Shown: in pieces, positions 1 to 11,875 of the stretch
Numbering within the stretch: position 1 is the first letter of the stretch
Layout: each line of letters opens with the position of its first letter
Assembly: GCA_964016885.1 (NCBI GenBank)
Contig: OZ024741.1
Coordinates: 324,074,001-324,138,000, forward strand
Source of the DNA: Eledone cirrhosa
Lineage: Eukaryota
Length of the DNA: 64,000 nt
Direction of reading: 5' to 3'
Notes under the pieces: model-generated
The model's database searches: none
What the model saw: only the letters and a program-made list of their open reading frames with translations
Told to the model about the DNA's origin: nothing
Made by a program: the position numbers and the translations under genes

Positions 1-250
1 TGTTGTAGTTGTTGTTGTTATCGTTGTTGATGCTGTTGTTATTGTTGTTGTTGTTGTTGTTGTTGTTTGTTGTCGTCAATATTGTTGTTGGTATCATTCT
101 CCAATTCGTTTTTGGAAACAGTTGTGTTGACGGTTTGTCTTTCGAGTACAGACGTTTTCATTTCACTGAATTCGCTTGTATTGCGACTGTTATTGTCGTT
201 GTTTTTGTCTTTGCTGTTGTTGTTGTTGTTGTTGTTGTTGCTTATGTTGT
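1..250. repeat. Interrupted (GTT)n microsatellite
   Basis: Runs of gttgttgtt at 1-90 and 215-240; these explain the poly-L/V/N/Q ORFs in the track. Confidence 0.9.
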
Positions 251-341
251 TGCAATTAATATTTGCACATTCCTTTCCGACTTGAAGCTGTATTAGTACA
301 GTTTTGTTGTTTTTCTTCCACCAGAATCTGTTTGTTGACAT
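39..341 (-). CDS. Possible N/Q-rich coding fragment (unverified)
   Basis: ATG at 341, non-repetitive start MSTNRFWWKK followed by poly-N/poly-Q; stops inside the microsatellite; no recognisable domain. Confidence 0.2.
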   Translation of the reverse strand: MSTNRFWWKKNNKTVLIQLQVGKECANINCNNISNNNNNNNNSKDKNNDNNSRNTSEFSEMKTSVLERQTVNTTVSKNELENDTNNNIDDNKQQQQQQQQ

Positions 342-599
342 ACGTTAGCTTCTATTTCCCCACCCTCTCCCTCCTTTGGTTTATTGTTTCGGAATGACGT
401 CGTGATGACGAGGAATCTATACTTGTGTTGAAAAAACAACAAATAGTTGTTGAAGTTTTTACTGTTTTACACCCCCGTAGGTGTGTCTGTTCAAACACTA
501 CCACTCTACCTGCGGCAAGTAGGTATACTCATCTAATCTGTTATTATGTTTAACACTTAGAAAAGGTTTTTTAAAAAGTATCAAATACCTTTGAAATAT

Positions 600-1570
600 C
601 TAGAGCTGAAATGAAACGTGGCTTTTACGTCAGGCATCAAAATGAGAATAACAAAAAATGTTTTAACACTTCAGAAGGCATGCTTACTGGTAACAGCAAG
701 GACTCTCCGATACGCCCTGAATATCAGAAGAATTGGCAAGAAAGCTTCGTTGAAACTATTCAACTGTTCACCGCCATCTTCAACAGCTTGGAAAGGTTCC
801 AAAAATCAAAAAATAGGTGCCTCATCAATTGTTTGAAGTCACTGCAAATCCCTAGTTGACATCTGCTTTTCTCTTCATTCTCGTGAACTCATCTCGTCTT
901 TTTTGGATAGACTTGTGACTAGTGATGAAAAATGGGTCTTTTATCAAAATGTTATCGTCGAAGACAATGGCTTGGTAATGGGAAAAAAAGCCCAATCACA
1001 ACTGAAAAGCGAACTTCATGCGAAGAAGTTTCTTCTCTCTGTTTGGTGAGATTGCAAAGGAGTTATCCATTTTGAGTTGCTGCCAACTAATGCAGCCATC
1101 AATGCACAAGCATACTCTCAGCAATTAGAGCATTTGAACGCTGCTTTGAAGCAACAAAGGACCTACCTCAGTGAATCGAAAAGGAGTAGTGTTTCATCAG
1201 GACAATGCACGACCCCACACTACAAAGATCACACCACAGAAGTTCAAGGAACTTGGCTGAGAGAAAATTGCTCATCCGCCTTACTCCCCAGACCCTACTC
1301 CTTCAAACTACCATTTGTTCCGTAGTTTACAGAATCATTTGGATGGATTAGATCTCAAAACCCACGAGGAAGTCGAAACTGATCTTTCTGAGTTCTCATC
1401 GAAACCGAAAGAGTTTTACATTAATCGGATTAAACAGCTTATGAGTAGATGGAAAGAAGTCATAGATAATCATGGAAACCACACTGACGATTACATTTCA
1501 TTAAAAGGTAAGATTTGATCACTTGTTTTCTTTATTCAAATTTCGGACATTACCTATGGGATGACCTGTT
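600..1570 (+). mobile_element. Decayed mariner (D,D34D-type) transposon
   Basis: Frameshifted transposase motifs VTSDEKWVFY (~915), DCKGVIHFELLP, VFHQDNARPH (~1190) and PPYSPD..YHLFRSLQN; TIR-like end cggacattacctatgggatgacctg at ~1544-1568. Confidence 0.9.
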
Positions 1571-1660
1571 CTTTTATATATATATATATACATATGTATT
1601 TAATTAACGGCGATGAATTAGTTTTGCGAGTTTTTGATATGAAATCGTGTGTCGAAACAA

Positions 1661-2858
1661 ATATTGTTATACTTGGGGAGGGTCATATTTGTGTAATATT
1701 GCCAGAATTAATAACAAAACACACTCACTGTTTGGTTGGTTTTCGCTTTTCGCTTCTGTGTCTTTTATATCGGTAATCTAATTTATTCGGTCCTCAATGT
1801 TGCCATTGGTTGACCGACGGTAAAAAATAATACAGATACAATATAGACACAAACACATATATATAGTTTATCAAAGTTCTTTCGTTGCACATCTGCAACA
1901 TCGTCAGTGGTGCTATTGTTTCCTCCCGTTGCATTGTATTTTCTACGCCATCTTTATTTTGTCTGTTTATATATTTATTAGTTTATTTTATTTTGTCTTC
2001 TTTGCGCATGCGTTTGCGTGTGTGTATAGTGTTTTGTTTGATGTGTGTTCGTGATTGGGTGACTGTGTATTGGTTAATGTATTCTATCTTTACTAGTGTG
2101 TGTTTATATGTGTTTGTTGTTATTGTGCTTGTGTATGCATTTATTTATTTATTTATCTATTTATTTATTTATTTATACTTCTCTTAGGTCAGTGTTGTTT
2201 GTTTGGGTGTTGTTGTTATTCCATTCATTCTTTCTGTTTAGCCTTGGCCTTCTATGTTCTAAGTTCTAAGGCCAAGGCTAAACAGAAAGAATGAATGGAA
2301 TAACAACAACACCCAAACAAACAACACTGACCTAAGAGAAGTATAAATAAATAAATAGATAAATAAATAAATAAATACATACACAAGCACAATAACAACA
2401 AACACATATAAACACACACTAGTAAAGATAGAATACATTAACCAATACACAGTCACCCAATCACGAACACACATCAAACAAAACACTATACACACACGCA
2501 AACGCATGCGCAAAGAAGACAAAATAAAATAAACTAATAAATAAATATATAAACAGACTAAATAAAGATGGCGTAGAAAATACAATGCAACAGGAGGAAA
2601 CAATAGCACCACTGACGATGTTGCAGATGTGCAACGAAAGAACTTTGATAAACTATATATATGTGTTTGTGTCTATATTGTATCTGTATTATTTTTTGCC
2701 GTTGGTCAGTCAATGGCAACATTGAGGACCGAATAAATTAGATTACCGATATAAAAGACACAGAAGCGAAAAGCGAAAACCAACCAAACAGTGAGTGTGT
2801 TCTGTTATTAATTCTGGCAATATTACACAAATATGACCCTCCCCAAGTATAACAATAT
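1661..2858. repeat. Long palindrome: ~590-bp inverted arms (1661-2251 / 2268-2858) with a 16-nt spacer
   Basis: Centre reads gccttggcctt-ctatgttctaagttct-aaggccaaggc; outer ends atattgttatacttggggaggg / ccctccccaagtataacaatat; ORFs 1885+ and 2259- mirror each other. Confidence 0.95.
2606..2650 (+). ncRNA. Hammerhead-ribozyme-like motif (type I, partly decayed); mirror copy on - at ~1870-1913
   Basis: gcacca CTGACGA t GTTGCA-gatg-TGCAAC GAAA gaacttt: canonical core, 6-bp stem II and GAAA; stems I and III are weak. Confidence 0.55.
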
Positions 2859-3071
2859 ATATTTAATTAGAATGTGAACAACACAATATATAACTACTAG
2901 ATGTTATCATCTCTGTTTGATCAACGATCTAGACGTATGTTAATATTGTCTAGTGTCCTGAAACCTTTGGTAATGGAGTAGTTATACATTGTATGGTTCA
3001 CTTTCTAATTAAGTAGCTTTGTTCTATACATAGAGAACTCTTTTTTCCTTTGCTTTTTCTTTGGAATTACC

Positions 3072-3074
<3 letters not shown>

Positions 3075-3158
<84 letters not shown>
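3075..3158. repeat. (CA)n(TA)n compound microsatellite
   Basis: Direct reading. Confidence 0.95.
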
Positions 3159-3162
<4 letters not shown>

Positions 3163-4419
3163 TTGTTGTTGTTACAGCCCGCACTTGTGCAGGTTTACTT
3201 ATTTTATTTGGCCTGCTAAGAGGGTACGGGGGTTTTCAAGGGAGTTTTAAGAAGAGGAGCCGCATTCATATTATGTTTAAACCTAACACCATAACAAATA
3301 TCACAATATATTTAATACGATGTTCTAGCGTTTCAGATATTTCGTCGCCTAAGTGAAATATTGATTGGTGTGTGAGCAAGGTGAAATCTATACAAAATGT
3401 AAAAATACTGACATGTTTAATGGTGAAATTTCAGCTGAGACCTGAATGCCTAAATGAAATATATTGTCAAATGGCAAATGTTTTAAGAAAATCTGTTTGT
3501 GGAAGGGAAGTTGTAGTGCAGTCGGTTGTAATAAATGATGTGTAATTTTATCAATAAATATCTAGAGACACTGCATGGAACCATGAAGTATATCCCAAGA
3601 GAGAAACTCCTGAAAGAATCTTTGGAATGATATCTCAGATAGAATTTCTTCAGATTGGCAACAGACAAGCAAGTTATAAAAATGGTTTTATGATGGCTTG
3701 AAAATAAATTGCATTTAGATGTTTATGCAAGAAAAAGAAATCAAACGCCGCCGTTTTTTTTATCGCTATGTTAGGAAGAAATACATTGGTGGCGGCAATT
3801 TGGGGGTTTCAGATGCTGGTGGAAATGGAGAAGTATTGTAGTCCACAGTAGTGTTTGCCTCCTTATAACAAGAAAAAAAAGATGAGATTCTCTCTTAGGA
3901 GAAGACTAACGATGGGTTTGCATGAGAAGTCTCTTCTCCGAGAGGCACATTTTTGTAAGGTGTTTTATGGAAGACCACCAGTCGCACATGCACAAAAGTC
4001 TACCCACTTCATAACACCGATGTTGTTCAAAGGAAAGGTATATGCCAATGCAGCTTGGTTTAGGATATGACGCACCGCTCCATATGGTAATTGAAATCAT
4101 GACCTTGCGATTGTGAGCACAATTACATAATCACTAAACTACACACAGACCTGTTCACACCGATGATAGATTGTTGGTCGTAGAATAACAGAAAATGTAC
4201 ATTCAGACTAGCGCTCGTTTATGGCCTAACTGGTCTCAACTGGTCAAACCTATTCTGACCTCTCACATAATCATTATGAATATTTCACTAACACTTTAGA
4301 GTTTCTAAAAGACTTGAATGACTCCTTAGTTGTATTGCGTTAATGAGTAGGAGTAGAATGGTTCTCCAATGGTTTAGACGATAAGCATCCTTGTTGTTCA
4401 TTCAAAAGGACAGCCTGCC

Positions 4420-4700
4420 CATGACATTAATATGCAAGTGGTTGAGCTATCCACAAGCACGTGTACCCAATTCTCGGGGAGATACAGCGTGACACTATGT
4501 GTGACATAGTTTGCTCATTGAATTACAAGCACAGTTGATCCGACTGATTTCTAAATAGTTTACTTCTTCCCAATTTCAAATACAGGGCTTGGATTGATTG
4601 TGATGAAGCACACGCGCACAAGATGCCACGCAGAGGCACATAGCTCAGTATATTATGATTGCGAAACAAACTTCTTTACAAGTAGGCCATACTGTGTTCA
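4420..4700 (-). mobile_element. Decayed SINE-like interspersed repeat (related copies at ~45520-45680, 47190-47545, 48560-48650)
   Basis: Shared block gtggYtgagc..tccaca..cacRtgtRccc..ggagatWcagYgtgacac; related copies contain a reverse B-box-like ggaatcgaactc (45618). Confidence 0.55.
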
Positions 4701-5100
4701 CCGAATGATAGTCGTAGAAGTGTGAAGGACTCCTAAAGCTGCTCAGTGAGTTCCAGCTAACTGGCATTTGATGTTGTATTTTCAGACTGTGCCAATGAGG
4801 ACTTAGACTATCCGTATCGGGTCATTCGGTCCTTATCTAGAAATAATGATTTAAAAAAAGTATACAACAGCCCGAGAGATTTAGTTAACAACTATGACCA
4901 GTCGTCTTTTTGTATCTAAGAGACTAACACATAGTCCGGTGTGTGCGTCTGTATGTTAAAACGGTTGGGCGGGCATGACTTCAGGGAAATTTCACTACCA
5001 TTTCGGTCCACCAAGTACAGAGTCTCTTGCAGGCTTGAAAACAATTTAAACTACTACTCCACATTCCCAAAATGTGACTCATTGTTATTATTATTATTAT

Positions 5101-7247
5101 TGACCACATGTGTGAAGACGTTACAAGTCTGCGGAAGAAAAGATTCGTAATTTTAAGCTGTTTTAAAGTATCATTTTTAAAGTATCATTTTCTATTTTCT
5201 TGTCGATAACGAAGCATAAAGTACCCACCGTGATTCCAAAGAAGAGAGACATCTCAATATTCGAGCCTTAAGCCCGAATATTCAGATTTATTTTTAAAAA
5301 CTTCGAAATAATCGCTACCCCCCCCCCCCCCCAAAAAAAATGCAAATTTTCGACCTTGAAACGGTAAACAACGTACAGGTCAAAAGGTCAAAAACACCCA
5401 TCATAGTTCACACGACGACGACTACTACTACCACAAACATATCTGTCGTACACTCCACTGAATGTAAAAACGAAACACAAGAATTACCATCACAATCGCT
5501 CCCTTCTGTGATTGTAGCAGTACCATCTCAAAACGACATCACCACCGCCACCACCACAACAACAACAACCAAGAAAAACAGCGACAATAACACCAACAGT
5601 CTCAATATAAACACTAATAACGGTAGCAACAGCAACAACAAACAAAACAACATGAACAATAACAACACCAACAACAACAGTAAGAACGACAATACCAACA
5701 ACAAGAACAACGCAGGCACGACCTTTCCAGCGGCCGCAGAGAAAACAAAGCGCTTCTTCAATGTAGATATCAACGATAAGGAACAACACTTGGCCCAGGC
5801 GTGGAGGTTAATTAAACGAGAGAAGTTCTGGGCCAACCTAACCATCCCGGACAAGGCAATAGCAGCCATGAAAAGGAGGACGGTGTACTTTCGATGCATT
5901 TCAGTGCAGACACGCACAGGGGAACTTGCCAACCAAGCAGAAGACGAGGCTGCTTTAAAGTGCATCGGAAGTGACATCAAGTACACAGCAAGGGCCAAGC
6001 AGTTCGGTACCATTCCTACAAGGTAATTCGAGAGAGCTTTCCTCAAGACATGGGAACCCCGAACGTGAAACCCACATCGAAACTTTTAAAGGGTTCCAAA
6101 AAGAAATCCCACCAACCATGGAGGTCGAACCACCCGACCTTCATAAGACCCCGGGAGGTAAGTAAACCTCCCCTTTCTCTTTTAGCTTGCTAACATGGCC
6201 ATATTAAGAGTAGGAAGTTTAAATGTTCGTGGCCTGGGGTCACCCTGGAAGCAGAGTCTCCTGCTCAACGACCTCAGATCTCTGGAAATGGGTGTGATTG
6301 CCGCCAGCGAGACCAAGATTTCCGACACGTGCGCACTAGCCCCCATTTTCGACGACTATCAGATCTTCGCATCTGTGAGCAGGCTGGGAATGGGAGGTGG
6401 GGTGGCAGTGCTGTTTAGGAAAGGCCTGGATCTTGAGGTAAGGACGATCTTCCAGGACCCGGACGGTAAGTTGGTGGTCCTGGATGTGGGCAATTGCGAA
6501 GGTGGTGCCTTTAGACTGCTGGCCGTCTACTAGGGTCGCACGACCGAACTTCTTTAGGCACCTGGAAAACTTTCTGGAACGGCATCTTAGACGCACGCTG
6601 AGATTGTGTGTGAGTAGCTGATAGGAGCGGGGGGGGAGGTACAAAAGCCTCAAGCACCTAATCAGCCAGTTCCAACTGTCTGACAGGTAGCGACTAGATT
6701 TCCCCGATGCGCCAGTGTGGACGTGGACCAACCGCATAGGGTCATCTAGATCGTATATAGACAGGATCTTCATTAGGAAAATAGATAGAAATAGTGTAGG
6801 CTGCCTACTTTTTAAAACAGTCGTCTATTCAGATCACAAATTTGTGATCTGTATAGTCGACCTAGCTAAAACTCATAGGTTAGGACCGGGTTACTGGAAG
6901 CTGAACATGTCATTTCCGGTACGTAAGGCTTACAGGGACCGAGTCAACAATTTAGTTAAGCAAAAGTTGACAGGGGAGATCGTCAACAATAGATGGTGGG
7001 GGACTGTCAAAAGAGATATTAGAGTAACTTCGATATGGTTCAGCAAAGAACTAGCGTTAGAGAAAAATAGAAAGGAGATGGAGCTGGTAGATAAGTTAGA
7101 CGAGGCTATTTGTAGTGGCATTGCAACGGACGTGCTAGCGGCGAGAATGGCATTAGACAATTTCTTCAATGCGAAACACGAAGGCTGCATTGTCAGAACT
7201 AAGGCGTGTGCGCTGAGAAACGAGGGAACCAGAGTGCTATCTCTGTG
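5101..7247 (+). mobile_element. L1/Tx1-like non-LTR retrotransposon, copy A (ORF1 + APE endonuclease, 3'-truncated)
   Basis: Starts after an (ATT)n tract; N/T-rich ORF1 at 5340-6026; ORF2 from 6195 with APE motifs GSLNVRGL, SETK, LAVY, SYIDR and SDHK; contains stops and deletions. Confidence 0.9.
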
Positions 7248-7568
7248 AGCAGAAGGGTCACCTCAGGGCCTTCTGCCCGCAGAAGACAGCCTAGAAGAAT
7301 GCCCCCTCCTGCCGATGCCTGATCCGCTGCTACCAAGAGCAGGACAGGCAACAGAGGCAGAAGACTCTTCCATGGTGAGTAGGAGGGCAACGTCCGTGGA
7401 ACCCATACCAAAAAAAAATTTCTTTCAACATGGATAACACAAGAAAGAGAGAGAGCGCTGTCAGACAACACAGAGAGAGGGGGACTTTGTCAACATGTAA
7501 ACAAGACAGCGTTCTAGCGAAAGTAAATATAAAAGAAAATATTACGAAGAGGAACAATATCATTTTTA

Positions 7569-8603
7569 ATGATTTTTTACCGATTTAAAATTACTAAATA
7601 TTACGAACACAAACAACACCAACAACAAACCAACAACAACAACACCAACAACAAACCAACAACAACACCATCAATAACAACAGCAACAACAAAAATAACG
7701 GCGGTAAGGTCGAGAATGACAATAACAATGACAATAACATTAGCCACAACAACAATAATAGTGGAAACTGTATCAACAAAAACACCAATAATAACAACAG
7801 CCACAATAACAATAACAGCAGAAACAGTATCAACGAAAACAACAACAATGACATTAATACCAGTAACAGCATTCTCACCACCACCAGCAAGACCAGTAAC
7901 AGCAGCAATAGTGGTGCCGCTGAAAAAGGGGCCACTTCATTTGCTGGTGTGGCCCGAAATATATAAACAGTGTTAGTCACAGAGGAGGAGATGGCAGTCG
8001 CAAGGGCTTGTCTTTTGACAAGAAATACCAATAAAGTTTCCTTGAAACCTCCACCCGACTTTTTCAAGGACCAGCAGCTACGGACGGTGACTTACCGCAC
8101 CATAGGCAAAATGTCACACCAGGTGTAGAGAGCCACAGAGGCTCAAATACAAAAGGCCTTGGGATGCGTCTGGGAGCGCAAAACCCACATCACCCGAGGC
8201 AGACAGTATGCCACAGTAGACGTACTTTTCGCTACACCTCAAGAGGTGAAGTTTCACTTTTTGGAAACCCTAAAGTGTGGGGAGATAGTCTTGGCACCCT
8301 CCTAATGCGGGCAGAAAATTGTGAGGGTCAAAGTGAACCAGGTCCCACCCGACGTGCCCATACCTTGGCTGGAGGCGTCTGTCCTTGCTGGAATCGAGGA
8401 CAGGGCGACCATGCTCTAAGTAGTGAAAATAGGGAGAGAGAACTAGTCAGGTATAGGCATGCAAATAATTATACAAACTGACCAGGAGTGTATCGAGGCT
8501 ATCCCTGATATTATAGACCTCGAGGAAGGACTCCAACTGTTCTTTTCTGTGCCGTCTCTAATGTTCTTCTTCGTGTTAGCCCCTGTGGCCAATAAAGAAA
8601 CCA
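7569..8603 (+). mobile_element. L1/Tx1-like copy B: ORF1 remnant fused directly to a 3' end
   Basis: RATEAQIQKAL..KTHITRGRQYATVDVLF matches ORF1 of copy C (RASESQIQKAL..KTHIRRGQKYGTVDVLF); ends gcccctgtggccaataaagaaacc(att)n. Confidence 0.75.
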
Positions 8604-8621
8604 TTATTATTATTATTATTA

Positions 8622-9125
8622 TTGTTCTTTGAGTCTCAGTCATTGATGTTAGTTAACTAGAAAGTTTGTTGAAATGAATATCAAGCCACTACCTGCAGCC
8701 TCAGATATTCAGGACATATTGGAGAGTTCTTGCTGTTCCCAGCAAGCATGCCTTTTGAAGCGTTCCAAAAAGCGTGGCGGGGCCAATTTTCTTTAACCAT
8801 CCCTGGAAACTTTTTGAGATAGTACCTAGTGCGCCTATGATAATCGGGACCACTTTGACTTCATGCAGTTCCAAATCCTTTTTACCTCCCACTTTAAGTC
8901 CTGGTATCGGTTAATTTTCTCCCTCTCCTTCTCTTGAACTCTCGTGTCGAATGGGCAGGCTACATCCACAATCAGGCACGATCTTTTTTCTTTGTCCAAA
9001 ACCACCAGGTCAGGTCTATTGTGTTCCAGTTTCTTGTCCGTCTGTATCCTAAAATCCCACAGCACCTTCACCTGATCGTTTTCTATCACCGACTCTGACT
9101 TATGCTCATACCACTTCCCAGTGTA
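8622..9125 (-). mobile_element. R4/Dong-like non-LTR retrotransposon, short 3' fragment (copy 1)
   Basis: RLE endonuclease motifs [33 protein letters not shown]; short 3' UTR ending in (AAT)n. Confidence 0.9.
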
Positions 9126-9195
9126 TCGTCCTGTTCTTTTCCGCGCCGTCTCTAATGTCCTTCTTCGTGTTAGCCCCTGTGGCCAATAAAGAAAC

Positions 9196-9307
<112 letters not shown>

Positions 9308-11831
9308 GTTCTTTGAGTCTCAGTCATTGATATTAGTTAACTGGAAAGTTTGTTGAAATGAATATCAAGCCACTACCTGCAGCCTCAGATATTCAGGACG
9401 TATCAGAGGGTTCTTGCTGTTCCCAGCAAGCATGCCTTTTGAAGCGTTCCAAAAAGCGTGAAGGGGCCAATTTTCTTTAACCATCCCTGGAAACTCCTTG
9501 ATATAGTACCTAGTGCGCCTATGACAATCGGGACCACTTTGACTTCATAGCAGTTCCAAATCCTTTTTACCTCCCACTTTAAGTCCTGGTATCGGTTAAT
9601 TTTCTCCCTCTCCTTCTCTTGCACTCTCGTGTCAAATGGGCAGGCCACATCCACAATCAGCCATGATCTTTTTTCCTTGTCCAAAACCACCAGGTCAGGT
9701 CTATTGTGTTCCAGTTTCTTGTCCGTCTGTATCCTAAAATCCCACAGCACCTTCACCTGATCGTTTTCTATCACCGACTCTGGCTTATGCTCATACCACT
9801 TCTCAGAATGTGGTAAATTGTTTACTTTGCATAGGTGCCAGTGGATCACCCTGCCCATCACATCATGTCTCCAGACCTTATAGTGAGTCTGGGCTAGGTG
9901 CTTACACTCGTATACAATGTGAGCCACAGTCTCCTCTCTCTCTCCACAGATCCTGCACAGTCGGCTAGCCTCCTCCTTGTAAATATGGTGTTTCAATCAC
10001 TTCGTTTTGAGGGCCTGCTCTTGCGCAGCCATTAGCATTCCTTCTGTAGCCTTTTTAAGGTCTCCTCTTTTCAACCAGTTCCATATCTGTGGATCTCTGA
10101 ATTCAGTTTTCTCAAAGAAGGTACTATGAAGGGATTTTTCATGAAGGCTGCTCTTTCTCCTTGTTGTTATTTCCCTCTTGGACATCCCCTGGTCTATTGT
10201 CCTCTCCTTCAGTACAATTCTGAGCATTGGCTTCTTACTATCAGTTACGTATTTGTGTAGGTTGTTTTTCTCCATCTGAACACAGTCCTCTATGCTGATA
10301 AGACCTCTTCCACCTTCAGATCTCCTTAAGTAGAGTCTATCGACATCACTCCTCTTGTGGAACATGTTGTAGATAGTCAATAGCTTCCTAGTCTTCCTAT
10401 CCATTTCTTTTTGTTCAGCAACATTCCATCTCAGAATTCCCGCACTGTACCTAATAATAGACACAGCTCGGGAATTTACTGCACTTATGGCATTCTTACT
10501 GTTCAAATCTGATTTAATACGCTCCTTACTCTCCGAATGTATTCAGATCTTATCAATTCCTTCATTTTTTTGTTCTTGATGTCATCAGCCTTCAGAACAC
10601 CCAAATACTTGTATCCTTCTTCAGTGTCAATTTCCTTTATCATCTCACCTGTTGGTACCTGGATTCCGTTGCTTCTGCTCAATTTACCCCTCTTCATCAC
10701 AAGGAGTTCACACTTACTAATACCAAATTGCATACATATATCATTGCTGAAAATACGGACAGTGTCAACAAGCACATCCAACTCCTCACTCTTCCCGAAG
10801 AGCTTCAGATCGTCCATGAAGAGGAGGTCATTGATGGTAAGCCCTCCCTTTCCCAACCCGTATCCTGCTCTCACTTTTCGCAGTATAATGGACAGGGGCA
10901 TCAGGGCAAGGACAAACAATAGAGGAGACATACTATCTCCCTGGAAGATACTTCTCTTGATCTTCACGCTTCCCAAGGATTCTCCAGCTGATGTTAACTC
11001 TGTTTCCCAGGACTTCATACTTTTGCCCAACAACTGTCTGATGTTATCTGCCACCTTGAAGATCTCCAGGCTTTTGGTGATCCAAGAATGAGGCACCATG
11101 TCAAATGCCTTTTTGTAGTCTATCCATCCCATGGCAAGACCAGTGTGTCTCCTCTTGCAATTCCTCATTACCATCTTATCAATAAGTAACTGGTCCTTTG
11201 TACCACGGGACTTCTTTCGGCGTCCTTTCTGTTCGTCCGGTAACAAGTTGTTTGTGTGGAGGTGATGGTAGATCTCCTCAGACATAATGCTTGTCAACAG
11301 TTTCCACATTACGGACAGACATGTGATAGGTCTATAGCTGGTAACATCATTACCGTTGATTCGGTCTTTCATTATCAGAACTGTGGTACCTTTTGTCAAA
11401 CACTCTGGTACCTCACCTGACATCAAGCAGTCATTGAACATGGTTGTCAGTTTCAGGTGGAGGGATGTTATATTTTTAATCCAATACCCCTGCACACCAT
11501 CTGGGCCTGGTGATTTCCAGTTGGTTAGTTTTTTGGCCTGCCCCTTAAGAGTTTCAACTGTGATACTCAAATCAGTTTGTTGGTGTGCCTGTTCACTAAT
11601 CTCCTTCTCTACTGTCTCAATCCACACTGCCTGGTCATTATGTTTAACATCCTGCTCCCATATTCCTCTCCAGAATGTTTTAGTTCGTTCCGCCCCAGGG
11701 ATCAAATCGTTACCTCTTTCTTTCCCTTCAAGCTGTCCAAACAGCATCTTCTGGTTGTTGTCAAACATGCGGTTCTGTCCATACTGACTGACTCTGTTCT
11801 CGTATCGCCTGATTTTTGCATTCTTTGCTAC
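9308..11831 (-). mobile_element. R4/Dong-like element, copy 2 (5'-truncated, disrupted RT-RLE)
   Basis: ORFs 10503-11894, 9997-10506 and 9403-9996 carry [40 protein letters not shown], a CRIC..H..C knuckle and RPD..D..EK; (AAT)n lies on both sides. Confidence 0.93.
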
Positions 11832-11875
11832 AATTATTATTATTATGATTATTATGATTATTATTGTTATTGTTA

